Under the pieces are notes generated by a model that saw only the letters and a program-made list of their open reading frames with translations, searched no databases and was not told the DNA's origin. A stretch of 58,220 nucleotides of DNA. It comes from Mesotaenium endlicherianum. Taxonomy: Eukaryota. The position numbers were made by a program, and so were the translations under genes. How positions within the stretch are numbered: the first letter of the stretch is position 1; each line of letters opens with the position of its first letter. The stretch spans positions 144,580 through 202,799 of the forward strand of contig WELA01002918.1 in the NCBI GenBank assembly GCA_009602735.1, in the 5' to 3' direction. This document shows, piece after piece, positions 37,979-50,081 of the stretch.

Positions 37979-40390
37979 ATTGATACATCAATACACATGC
38001 GTCCGTGTCGGTATGAATACGCGCGCACAAAGAATTATGTGGGTGTGAACGTACATGAGCAGACACAAGCACGTGCAAGCGTATGTGTGCACGCATATAT
38101 GCCGTATGTGTGACCATGTGCCTATCGTTTGTTCCATCCTACTCAAAGGGACGACGCATAAGTTCTCGTACGTCCCGTTTGACTCATATGCGCAACGATG
38201 CTGGTAAGAGTGCTCAACATACGCGTCTGTGTCCGTAGGGTAAATTTGCACACGTTGGGTTCAGATTTGTACGAAGGGAATGAAGATCAAAGTACTGTGC
38301 ATGTATGTATAAAATATATATAAATGTCTATATATGTATATATATATATATATATATATCCGTGTGTGTGTGTTTCTTTTCTGGTGAATGTGCAAGTGAG
38401 CGACAGTAAGGTAGAGACATGGTGAAGGGAAGAAGAGCAGAAGAGGGTGAGTGTGTGGGTGTGCACGTGTCTGCACTCGATACTTTTTACATGTCCTCTA
38501 CAAACGCACATACCCGCACTCACGCTTACGTTACATGTACAAGCAAGGGCGCACACACACACACACACACACACTGACAGGAGAGAGAGAGAGAGAGAAT
38601 GAGAGAGACATGACCTCTCTTCCCCCCTCTTAGGTGATCTCTCTCCCCGTCTCAGACACACACGCACTGCCACGTGTGACCTCCTCACACACGCGGGATG
38701 CGTGCAACGCGCGCCGGGTGCGGGCGGGTGCAGGAGGCCAAGACGCTGCCGTGCCCGACGGCGTGGCTGGACCTGTCAAAGCCGGGCTCGCAGCTCTCCA
38801 CCAACTTCCGCCGCAAGTCCAAGGCCAACCCCAAGGTGCGCGCGCGTCGGTGCAGGCGCCCGTGTGTGCGCGCACGCGCTGCCCGCCGCTCACTCGCTTG
38901 CCTACGCCCTACACGTCCCCTCGCAAGCCTACCCCCACCCTCACCCACCTCTCCCCCTTCCCCCCCCTTACCCCCTTCCCTCCCCTNNNNNNNNNNNNNN
39001 NNNNNNNNNNNNNNNNNNNNNNNNNNNNNNNNNNNNNNNNNNNNNNNNNNCTCCCCCGCTGCCTCTTTCCCCCTACTCGTGTGGCTCCCCGCCCCCGCAC
39101 GCGTGCCCACCCGTCTTCATCTACCACCCTCCCTCCCCATCCGCACGCCCGTTGGTCCCCTCCCGCGCGCTTATCCCGTGTACGCGGTTTAAAAATGCCG
39201 CTGCTATTTGAGCGGGAGAAAAAGCCGGGCTTCTGTCCCCTTTTCTTTGGAAGTGGCCGCCTTCTCGGCCCAATCGGATCTCGGGGCTTTTGGCTCCAAG
39301 TCTTGCGAGCTGACTCTCCTGCCCGCGCCTGCCTGCCTGCCTGCCATCTGGACTGCGTGCGTTGTGCGTGCTGCGCGCATAACCACTCTACGCTCCGGCG
39401 CGCGCCTGCTCCTCTGTGCAAGTGCTTCGAGTGCAGTGCTGCTGGTCTTCGGGGTTCTGCCCGCCCGACTGCGTGCAAGCACACGCGTGTCTATTTGCGT
39501 GCGTGTTCGGCCGGCAGTCCCTGCTTGCCCCCCCGCTGCCTTCATGCCTGCACGCCTGCACGCCTGCCGCCTGACGAGGCGCTTGCACATACACGTACAC
39601 GTACACGTTTCCGTTTCAATCGTTCCACGTAAGCGTCTGGCTGGCGAGGCCTGGGTGCCCGCCTGCTGTCTGTCTGCCTGTCTGGCTGGCGGGGCCTGGG
39701 TGTTTGCCTGCTGTCTGCCAGCCTGCCTGCCTGAGTGCGTGTGTGTGTGCCTTATCACACCCTTGCGTGCACACATACCCCCACGCTCAACATATCAGGC
39801 TTGGGAGGCCCCCTCTGTGTTCCCGCTGGACGCCGTCAGCGCGCACTCCCTGCACTTCAAGCCTTAATTCTGCATAAACCCCAACCCAAAACCCTACTTT
39901 CTGGGTATCCTCACGCATGCCCGCTCGACAGTACCTGCTTGCGTCCCTGCTGGAGGTCGACTAGCGTCGCAGCGGCGGCGGCGGCGGCGACCGCAACGGC
40001 GGCCCTGGCGCACGCCGCTGCTCTTCTAGACCTAACTTCAGACCCACGACCCACGTCCAAACCCTAACCCCTAACCTCAAGTCAAAGCCCGATGTTTCTG
40101 CGCATGCGTGTCCCCCTCCGCAGGGCCTCTTCGCCTTCCCCCTGGAGGCCGAGGACGGCGGCGGCGCGCGCGCGTCGTTGCACTGGATCACAGAGGCACA
40201 GCGCAACCAGTGGCACGTGCTGCTGGACGCGTCCGCCAGCGTGCTCGACGGCGCCGCCGGCGGCGGCAGCGCGGCGTTTGACCTCGGCCCGCACAAGCCC
40301 GACTACCTCGTGTGCGTCTCGCCCAAGATCGTCGGCGCCGCGTCGCGCGTCACCTGCCTGCTCGTGCGCCGCGACTCGCAGCTCATCTAG
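33284..40390 (+). CDS. Plant-type PLP-dependent-transferase-fold (Moco sulfurase/aminotransferase class V-like) uncharacterised protein. Exons 33284-33564, 36088-36280, 36840-36974, 37653-37760, 38734-38835, 40124-40390
   Basis: GT-AG with consistent phases. Motifs QGPPSLFAQLPS...MRWSGPITPDEVNYVEDYV, EYHIVFCASSK|EAFLLVGEAYPF, WLDLSKPGSQLSTNFRRKSKANPK|GLFAFP and LHWITEAQRNQWHVLLDAS...HKPDYLVC...VTCLLVRR resemble the land-plant Moco-sulfurase-like family as I recall it (GLFSYP, HWVSEAHRNSWHVLLDA). Confidence 0.85.
35708..35895 (+). repeat. (GGTGCT)n-derived array with a 66-bp higher-order unit
   Basis: GGTGGTGGTGCTGGCGC(T/C)GGTGATAGTGCTGGTGCTGGTGC occurs twice, 66 bp apart; intronic. Confidence 0.9.
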
Positions 40391-43300
40391 GGAACTAGAA
40401 TTAGGTTTAGGGTTAGGGTTATAGTTTCCGGGGGGGGTCTGGTCTTAGAGCTTGAGTTTCCCAGCGCCTGCTAGGCCTGCTGGCCCCTTATGCTCTGAAT
40501 TAGGGTTCTTCTTTGGGCTGCGCTCACCTGCCTGCTCGTGCACTGCAACTCGCAGCTCATCTAGGGACCAGGGTTAGGGCCGCCTGTGGGCCACTCTAAG
40601 TTCAGGCTAGGGTTATGGTTAGGGCTTTAACACGGGGCTGCAGGGGGCTCCTGGGCTCGTGGGCTTTTGAGCTAGGGGCCGCAGGCGCAGCCTCGCACGC
40701 GAGTATGCCCTGCTCGTGCGCCGCCTGCCGCACAACTTGCTGCAGGATCAGGTGCTTTAGGGTTTCTCGGACTTTAGGGTTTCCCGGACTTTAGGGCTTG
40801 CCTTGGGGCTCTTGATGCTGAACTCTCGGTGCCATTCAGGCTCTTCATTCTAGGGCTTAGGGCTTGGGTTTTTCCCGGGGGCTGGCGGTGCTGCAAGGCT
40901 CCTGGGCTTCAGATTGTCGTTCGGATGGCGAGCGCGGCCTCCCCCGTGGGATTATCATGATTATCATTGCAGTCTGGCGCCCCGGCACCCCGCTCGCCGC
41001 TCGCTCGCCTGCCGCCAGCACACGTAAGAGGAGGTGGGGCCCCAGGCGCTTGGGAAGGGGGGGGGGAGGGAGACGATCAGTAGCAGCAGTCAGAATATGT
41101 CGGCAGCAAAAGGACTGCAGCAGCTGCAGTTGCAGTTGCTGCCCAGCATAGCCAGGCAGGTGGGTCTGGGAGGAGACTCTATGGTGCACGCAAACGCAAA
41201 CGCTAACGATTAACGCAAACTCTAATGCAAACGAAAACGCCCGCGCGAGCGAGAACGCCATCACACAGACTGCCGAGCGGAATCCAGGTCAGGGCCGTTA
41301 GACTTGCGCGCAGGGCACAGGGGCGGCACGTGGGGGGTGTGCACACGGGGGTGCGTGTGGGGTGGGGGCGCGAGCGCGGCGACGTGCACGCCCTCAGCTT
41401 GCTAGGGTAGACCCTTGTACAGGCGGGCAGGTGGTTCCCCCCAGGTGTCCGACTACAAAGAAAGTTGCTCGAAGTGCAGCGCGACAGCTGTCAGCGGGCC
41501 AGCTGCGAGCGCGGCACTTGTCAGCGGCCAGCACTAACTCCAGCGAGGCTGACTTGGAAGGAGGCGAGCTTGCGGGTGAGCGATCTGTTCACTCGCCTTC
41601 TGACGAGGTGAACGGCCCTCCTCACCTCCAGTGGTGGACTTGGCCGTCTGGGGACACGTGGCGCTGTCGTGATTACTGGAATTGCAGGTGGCATCTGCAG
41701 CAGGGAAGGTGTCTTCTGCTGCTGTGGCCGCTGCTGGTGCTGGTGCTGCCGCTGCCGCCGCCGCTGCCACTGCTGCTGCTGCTGCTGTTGCCGGGCGCTT
41801 CTGCTCCTGTTGATGCTGGTGCGGCCGCTGTTGCTGCTGCTCCTGCAGGCACTAGGATTGTGAGCCTTGTATAGGGGCCCAGCTAGCAATGCGTGCTTGA
41901 AGGGTGCAATATGGATAACGTGTGACGTAGGTTTCATCATTTTCCGGCGTCTATTCCACCCTAGAGCTGGCACACCTCCCGGCCTGCCAGGTGGCAAGAG
42001 GGAGGTCCGGAGATGCTGCTGCTGGTGCTGTGACGCAAAGCCCCGCCGGCCGGCGCCTCTGCGAGTCATTTCTTTGCTCTCTCAGTGCATGCGTCAGCCG
42101 TTTTAATATATTCATTTAGTAAGCCATGGGAGGGCTTTTAGGTTAGGTAGGATGAGACCCACGACCTGCGCAGCTAGGAATGGAGGAGTTGGGAAGCTGA
42201 TGCATTAATATTTGAAAGGGAGTGGTTTGAGTTATGGTTAGGTTAGCATTATGAAATGGCGTGTTAGACGAAATCGCAAGTGTTGTTGGCAGGGGGCACT
42301 TGATTTCGACGATGAGGCGTGATGTTTGACGCACATGTAGGACTTAGGACGTAAGGAGCGGCCAGGGAAATTGGTGTACAGGTTGCAAGCGGTTGAGTCA
42401 TGAACTGCTCTAACTTTGTCCGTCTCTTTGCATCTTGTGACCACAACCACTCGCTAGGTTAGGGGCCCGTTGAGTTTTTTTGTGAGTGCATGCTGCTTGC
42501 GTACGTATGCCACGTATGTGCAGTTAGTGTCATTGTGTTGATTTCCTTGTCGTTTGCATGCATACGCATATACAAGCCCCTTGTGAGTATTCACATATAC
42601 TCTAAAAGTGTGGGACTGCTCGTAGCTGGGAATCTGAAACTGAAAAATTGGCCGGATCCGCAAGCTTCATTGATTGGTATGAAAAGCCGGCAAAACTCGA
42701 ACATGGAACGCACTTCTTCGATGATTCATTTTTTATACATGTTATTCAAGTTGCTAAACAATCAAGCTTGATCATGGTGTGACTGCATACTCGAGTCAGC
42801 TATGGTAACCCGCTTATATCTGCAGCTTCGTCGCTTTTGTAGAGTCCCACAGGCGCAATCTTAAGTGTGAAAATGTCTTTCACTTGCTCTTTCTCTTTCT
42901 CGAGTAAGCTTCAATAGGAGCTAATGTGCATCCGATTGTAAATTTGAATTGTATTTAATTAATCAGTTAAAAGCTAGCGACCAAGCTTCATGTCCGATAG
43001 TCAATAATATGTATGCTTGGTATGGCATGCACTTAAACACAATCTTGGTCGGCAATATGTGCGAAACAAGCTTAGTATCGAGCTCCTCGATCAACAAAGC
43101 TTGGTATTTAACAATATATGTCATATGCAGTTGGGATCCTGCCTCTTGGTGGTGAATATGCATAAAGTAAAACGTGACCCCAAGTTATATAATTCTTCTT
43201 TCATTTATGAGAAGAGTCACCTAGCTTCTGCTCAGCAAAGGCGCAGATAAAGCACCGTCTACGTGCCTTTGCAATCCGACCATGTTTTGTTTTGTGCGCC

Positions 43301-43798
43301 TTTATACCTCACCACTAGTGCGCCCTTAATGCGAGGCATTTTAAAGGAAAAGAACGTATAACATTTGAGCCATACTTGTTCTAATGTCGTGCAAGTCGCG
43401 CTATGAATCAAGTTGAAGTGATTGATCCTGCTTTGTGGGGCCGCCTACTGCAGCCTGCCAACGACAACGTCGCGTGCAGCGGCAGGCTGGGGCCTGACTC
43501 GTCGTCGTCACGATGGCGAAAGGAGCTGCAGCCTGCCGGCGCCCGCGACCTTGTCGACGGGCACATGTCTCGTCGCTTTCTGGGCAGGCTGTAGCAGCAT
43601 GTCGGTCATTGAGCGTGTGGCAGGGTCTAGGGCGGCGATTTCGGGCTTAGATTCAGGGCTCAGGTTCAGGATTAGGGCTAGGGTTAGCACTCATGCACTC
43701 ATTCCAAAAAGTTGCGAAGGAAGGAGGGCTTCAAATACATCACGACTCGTATCAGTTCGTCTGGATGTTTGTCAGTTGTTCACTTGAGAGAGAACCTG

Positions 43799-44137
43799 TA
43801 GACTCTAGACTCTAGAGTCTAGACAGTGTAGAGTCTAGACTCGCATTAATTTGCTGAACGGGGCCCGGGGGACGTAGGTTTAAATGCGTGTGCACTGTGT
43901 GAGCGTGCGGCAGATAGGAGGTACACTGGAAATCCGAAACAGTCTGGAGTCAGAGTCTGGAGTCTGGAGTCTGGAGTCTGGAGTCTGGAGTCTGGAGTCT
44001 GGAGTCTGGACTCTCGAATACAGCGACTCGCGAGCAGCGGGGTGAGCAGTGAGCACTCAGCAGCTGCTCAGCACTGGTGAGCCGTGGCCCGCGAGGCTCG
44101 AGCAGTGGAGCAGTGAGCAGTGAGCACTGAGCAGTGG
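43799..44137 (+). repeat. Three adjacent 7-bp arrays: TAGACTC/GAGTCTA with a 20-bp palindrome, (AGTCTGG)x8, and (GAGCAGT)n
   Basis: Perfect palindrome TCTAGACTCTAGAGTCTAGA at 43804-43823. AGTCTGG x8 perfect at 43954-44009. Degenerate GAGCAGT/GAGCACT at 44043-44136. Confidence 0.9.
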
Positions 44138-47100
44138 CATCTCTGCCAAATCCGATACAGACCGTTCCGGCAAATCCATGAACCTGTTACCATGTGGCAA
44201 CTGGCAAGGGCTGCCCTGTTTGCTTGATACGCACATGTGTTTAGATCATCAAGGAAATTTCATCATTGTTTCAAACCATTTGAAACAATGGTACGACGGA
44301 TTCGTATTTATAGAATTTTTACACCCAAAAGTAATGATTTATCGCGACTAAACCGACGTCTTACACCAACAGAGTGATTATACACTGCCAGGTAGTGCTA
44401 AGTAATCAAGACCTCATTGGCAGCTAGTGCCAGCTAACGACCGAAATTGATGGGCCCCAGGTCCAAAGTCTTGTCCTGGCTCTAAAGTTTCGCCCAAATT
44501 AGAAGTGGTAGCCTCCTTACGGCAGCCCGCGGTAGTTCAAGGGCAGTTTCAGGCCGGGCGCACTCCGGCGCGTCTCTTATATTGGGGCGATAGCCTTTAA
44601 AACTTTCCCCTCTTAGAAAATGGAGAGCAATAGAGTGAAATGGAGTGATATTTCTTTAAAACACATCTCTAGTTATATATCTGACGCGGGTTATGTCGCG
44701 ACTATTATCCGTTTGACGGTGTCGCACGCGCAGCGCAAGCTACGGCCACCTAGTGCTGAAAGTCAACGTTGACTCACCGACCACTTGACTGATTACATCG
44801 CAGTCAGCGGTTATGGCGACGTCAAGACCACTGGCAAGGGGTCAATGTCAGTGTGTCCCACACCCGGGGATGGGGGAGGTTTAAACAAGACAGCCGCGAG
44901 GCTAGGAGCTGGGGATCAGCAATGAGCCGCCCAGCAAGTACCAGGTCAGGTACTGTGTGACTGGCAGATTAAGCCAGGTCATGGCTGCAATGCCAAGATA
45001 GGTTACGGCCGCCCGGTTGGGAAAACTTGAGCAAGTGGCATTTGCTTGCACGCCGCTCAGGAATTCTTAGCCATGAGCCAATTAGGCGTGACTGCCAGCT
45101 GAGAAGCTAAGCAGCCACGCGTGACAGTCACAAGGTGTGCATGCATGCTGAGTGACTACGAGTTTGAGTTGAGCATGGCTAGGCAGAGGCGACATGCAGC
45201 TAAGTTGTGTGACTAAGCACGGCATTCTCGAAAGATGACGCTGTGTGGTGCCTGCGAAAGGCACGAATCTTGCCTGAGACATGTCATTCACTCTCACAGA
45301 CCTTTGCCAAGAAGCAGAAGGAAAGAGAAGAAGGGCGCGAAGAAGAAGAAGGAGTTCCCAAGGCCATTGGAGGGCCAAAGCCCCACGCATCTGACGACGC
45401 TGAAGATTCTTCTGTGTATCATAGATAAGTTAGGATTGTAGGAGTTCCCAAGAGGGAATCTCACGGTTGAAGAAGGAGAACTGCAGAATAGAATCTGCTA
45501 GAAGATTAGCACAGAGTCAGCCGAACGCCACAAGTGTGTGTGTGAAGCAGCCTTAAAATGGTGAGTTATGTGTTGATTTCCAAGTTCTCAGAAGTCGCAT
45601 TCGCATCTCGAAGAGAGAGAGTAGTATTGACAGATAAAGCTCTCAGTGAAGAACTGAGTGAGCCCAGCCTGGCAGTGAAGAGCTGTTAAAGCGCGGTGTT
45701 AAGTGAAGAGCTTGACCCAGGCCAACATAGACGTAGTTTCAGAGTTTTGTAAGCTGACTTGTGAAAGTTAAGCGAAAGCCTGAAGGGCAATTTTCTCTGA
45801 ATCTGACGTTGCATGTCAAGCTGTTTAGAGTGTGATTTCTGCAAACTACAATTTGCTCACCTGTGAACCCAAGAACCTTAAGGCATAAAGCCTATGTGGA
45901 AGTAAGAGACTTCCGTCCTATGTAAGAGGAATTAAGGCAAGGCAAGTATTTTTAAATTTTCTGCTAAAGTCTTAGGATAAGCAGATGGTGAGAGCCGGGT
46001 GACAGAGAACGTCACCCTGAGTGTTGGTCAAGGCTGCATGGTGCAAGTTCAGGAACCCAGGGATGGGTTAACCCTGGTAAGGCTTGTCACCGACACACGT
46101 GCAAAGGTCGATCAACCATGTCTGCCACACGTGAGGAGGGCCACCGACACATCAACCAGGCCGAAGGCACGCGTGCTGGAAGGCTACGCACGTGCCAAGG
46201 GACCGACACTGTTAGGCACGACAGTTATAGCTAACTGGAATGCACGTCACTGTTGGAGAGCTCTCACAGCGAGCTTAGAAGCACCCGCTCTAATTTGAAT
46301 GTATCAAGGCAGCGACCTGTTGTGTGCGTCAAGATAAAAACATGGGCAACTTGCGCAGCCCTTCCACAACCGATGCATGCTATGTGCTTACAATTCTCCT
46401 GGCATTTGAAGCACTAGTTTTTGTCGCTTAGGGGACAACTTTCCGAGGTACGTGCAGTTTTTGCATCCTACAGGCTTATAAGCTGAAAGTGCCCCGAGAA
46501 TACATCAAGCTTTTATAGTTGATTGCATGGTCCTCGCATGCAACTCCTTGTGCAATTAGCTTACTTCATGAAAGTGCTCTTGGTCGAACATGCAAATCGA
46601 ATGATTGAATCTCTTTACATCTTCGTGTCATACTTGCGACTGTTCACAGAATCTCTTAACTGCTTTGTGTCACTCCTTTGTGTCACTCCTTACTTGCGGC
46701 AGTTGGGAGCGAGTCAGCACTCAGGCACGCCATCAAGAGTGCTGTCGGTGGTGACAAGGTGGCACTTACAAGCTCCTTTGCCATCTCGTCAAGCGTCAAG
46801 GTCGAGAAGAGCTTGCAGATCTTCTCCTCGGGCTCAGCCCACCACACCGTAGAGTTCAGCGGAGCCGCCCAAGCCACCTTTTATGCCATAAGAGTGCAGG
46901 GCAGCCGTAGATTGCGAGTCTCCTTCTCCAACGTGACCTTTTGATGGCTTGGGCATTGACCGCCATCTGGTGAGTGCTGCTTCCGGCCCCCAGGGGCCTC
47001 CCATTAGTTACCTCTGCATGGGTGCTTTGAATGGACACCAAACTGCGCTCACTAAATGTGATATTGTTTGTTTAGTGATGGGACTTATATAGCTTGAGGG

Positions 47101-48457
47101 GCAATTTGTATGATTAATTAAGTGATTTGCATGCAGTATGTATGCAGCAGCTCGCATGGGCGTGGCACTTGGCTAATAACTAACTGGGTTTACACCGGAA
47201 GGCTTGATTGGAATCGGGACTCAAGAGGATTGGCAGGAGAAGGAGAAGCATTCTACTGCTCGAGTAAACGCTTGTAGGAAAAGCTCTTCTGAATTGACAC
47301 TTGTAAACCCGTGCGCGTGCCACTTCAGCAAAGACGTGCTCATGTCATCAACAATGTGGATCATGAAAGATCTGGATCTTGAGAAAGTTGAGCTGGAACT
47401 TCGTCCAGCCAGGTTGCGAGTATGCTAAGTGTGAGGGGGAGGCCAGTGCTCATCCATTGATCGTGTCTCGTATCTGGTCTTTTGGTCATCCTATACCACG
47501 CACGCAGCCGGGCATCTACATTGTGGGGAAAGGGAAGGCCAAGGCGGGAAGGGGCCCGCAAGTCTCCTTCTTCAACACGGTTGTCAAGAGGTTCCATCTC
47601 TCGCCATCTGGCAACCTGGTGAGTAAAACTTGGAGAACTTGTGATATGTACTACTGCTGAGGACTTTGTGAAGCGTTGTAATTTCCTCACATGTCTCACA
47701 ATCAAGTGTGTGCTTCAGCACCCTGCACAGATGCAGGCCGTGGTTGCACAAAGGTTGATTTGCTATGAGAATGCCATCAGGGGTCCACAGGGTGTGGTGT
47801 ATGTACATGAGCTCTGCAGCAATTCAAAAGAGATTGTAAATGAGTCTTGCTTTTGTCCTTGAGAGAGACGTATAGAGAGAGAGAGAGAGGGGGGNTATGT
47901 ACTGCCCAGGCTGTCACGAACGCGAGGGGCGCTGCCATCAGCGCCAACATAGGATTGCAGGTGACGATTCTCAACAGCGTCATTCGGGACAACTATGCTG
48001 TGAGGCTTTCGCTCTCCCCCCTCTGCTTTCCCCTTTCTCCTCCCGCTCCCGCTCCTGCTCCCCCTCCTCCTCCCTCTCTTGCTCCCGCTCCCCCTCCCCT
48101 ATCCTTCTCCAATTCCTCTCTTTTCGAGTTTGGAGGACTAGCTTCAGTACCTCCCTTGCTGAAGTTCCAGGTGTCCCTGGCTCATGCATTCCATTCCGGC
48201 ACGCAATGTGACGTGCTCAAAGGAAAGGCTACATTTGAAGTGATGTTGATCCAAGCCCCCAACTCTAGGACTGGCTCATAGCGGGTGGTGGCTGCTTGAA
48301 ACTCGATAATTTGAGGGTAGCCCTTGTGGAAGCAGGCTCTGCTCCTTGCCGTCCACGAGACAGGTGGTGACGTTAGCCTGCCGGCAACGTTGTCATCTGC
48401 AAGGCCTCAACTTTAAGCACTTTGATCGTAAAGCAGGGTGAGGGGGGGGGGAGAAGG

Positions 48458-49217
48458 NNNNNNNNNNNNNNNNNNNNNNNNNNNNNNNNNNNNNNNNNNN
48501 NNNNNNNNNNNNNNNNNNNNNNNNNNNNNNNNNNNNNNNNNNNNNNNNNNNNNNNNNNNNNNNNNNNNNNNNNNNNNNNNNNNNNNNNNNNNNNNNNNNN
48601 NNNNNNNNNNNNNNNNNNNNNNNNNNNNNNNNNNNNNNNNNNNNNNNNNNNNNNNNNNNNNNNNNNNNNNNNNNNNNNNNNNNNNNNNNNNNNNNNNNNN
48701 NNNNNNNNNNNNNNNNNNNNNNNNNNNNNNNNNNNNNNNNNNNNNNNNNNNNNNNNNNNNNNNNNNNNNNNNNNNNNNNNNNNNNNNNNNNNNNNNNNNN
48801 NNNNNNNNNNNNNNNNNNNNNNNNNNNNNNNNNNNNNNNNNNNNNNNNNNNNNNNNNNNNNNNNNNNNNNNNNNNNNNNNNNNNNNNNNNNNNNNNNNNN
48901 NNNNNNNNNNNNNNNNNNNNNNNNNNNNNNNNNNNNNNNNNNNNNNNNNNNNNNNNNNNNNNNNNNNNNNNNNNNNNNNNNNNNNNNNNNNNNNNNNNNN
49001 NNNNNNNNNNNNNNNNNNNNNNNNNNNNNNNNNNNNNNNNNNNNNNNNNNNNNNNNNNNNNNNNNNNNNNNNNNNNNNNNNNNNNNNNNNNNNNNNNNNN
49101 NNNNNNNNNNNNNNNNNNNNNNNNNNNNNNNNNNNNNNNNNNNNNNNNNNNNNNNNNNNNNNNNNNNNNNNNNNNNNNNNNNNNNNNNNNNNNNNNNNNN
49201 NNNNNNNNNNNNNNNNN
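48458..49217. other. Assembly gap (N) inside the FAS1 mosaic locus
   Basis: N-run between exons 47910-47999 and 49484-49838; it may hide further exons. Confidence 0.95.
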
Positions 49218-50081
49218 CTCACGCCCCCGCCCCCATCCCCCCACGACCCTTGGTGAGGAACTTATGGCAGTCTCAACTTCACTCCGTGCACTCGCTCAAA
49301 CATTTTTTCAAAGTTGAGATCTTCTCACTGTTTACATCGCCTGCACGTATCTAGAACATAACCATGTTGCTTGTCTTCTCATGCCATGAGTGAGCCCCGC
49401 ATGCGAGTTTGCAACCCTCACCCCCAAGGATCTAGCCACGGACGGACCTGCGTTTTCTCATTCTCCTCCTGTGCCGGTTGCAGGCTGCCGCGGCGGCAAA
49501 CGGGTGGGTGGGCAGGGGCTCCCGCTTGGTGGCCCTCAGCCCGGGCTCCCCCTCTCTCTTCAGCGGCAACCTCACGTCGTCCATCGCCAAAAACACCAGC
49601 AAGCTTAGCGTCTGCCCCCAATGCTTTCCGTCCTCGCGTGCTCCCTCTCCGCCGCTGCTGCACCTGCTGCCGCCGCCAAGGCAAAGAACTCTCCTGCCCC
49701 CTCCCCCCCCGCGCGTGGCTACCCCCGGTGCTCCAGCTTCTTCCAAGGCAGCCCCCCCTCTGCCGCTGATTGCGCAGGTCCCGCTGTCTCCGCCTGCCCC
49801 TGCGCCATTGCCAGCGACAGTTGCGCCACCCCCACCTGGTGCGCACTTCCTCCTCCGCAACCTTCTAATTGTTAGAACAACTATCATGTGCATTCGGGTT
49901 AGAGGCCACACGCGAGGCTGAGCTAGGTGCACTCTTGCCTTCTTCTGCAACCTCGCTCACAAATATCAAACGCACATTTTCCCAAAGAAAGTTCAAAGAC
50001 CAATTGACGTGATGCATTTGCGCGTCTTCCTGTTGCTGCCCCCCGCACGTCTGCGCACTTCTGCACTCAGCCTGCAAACAG

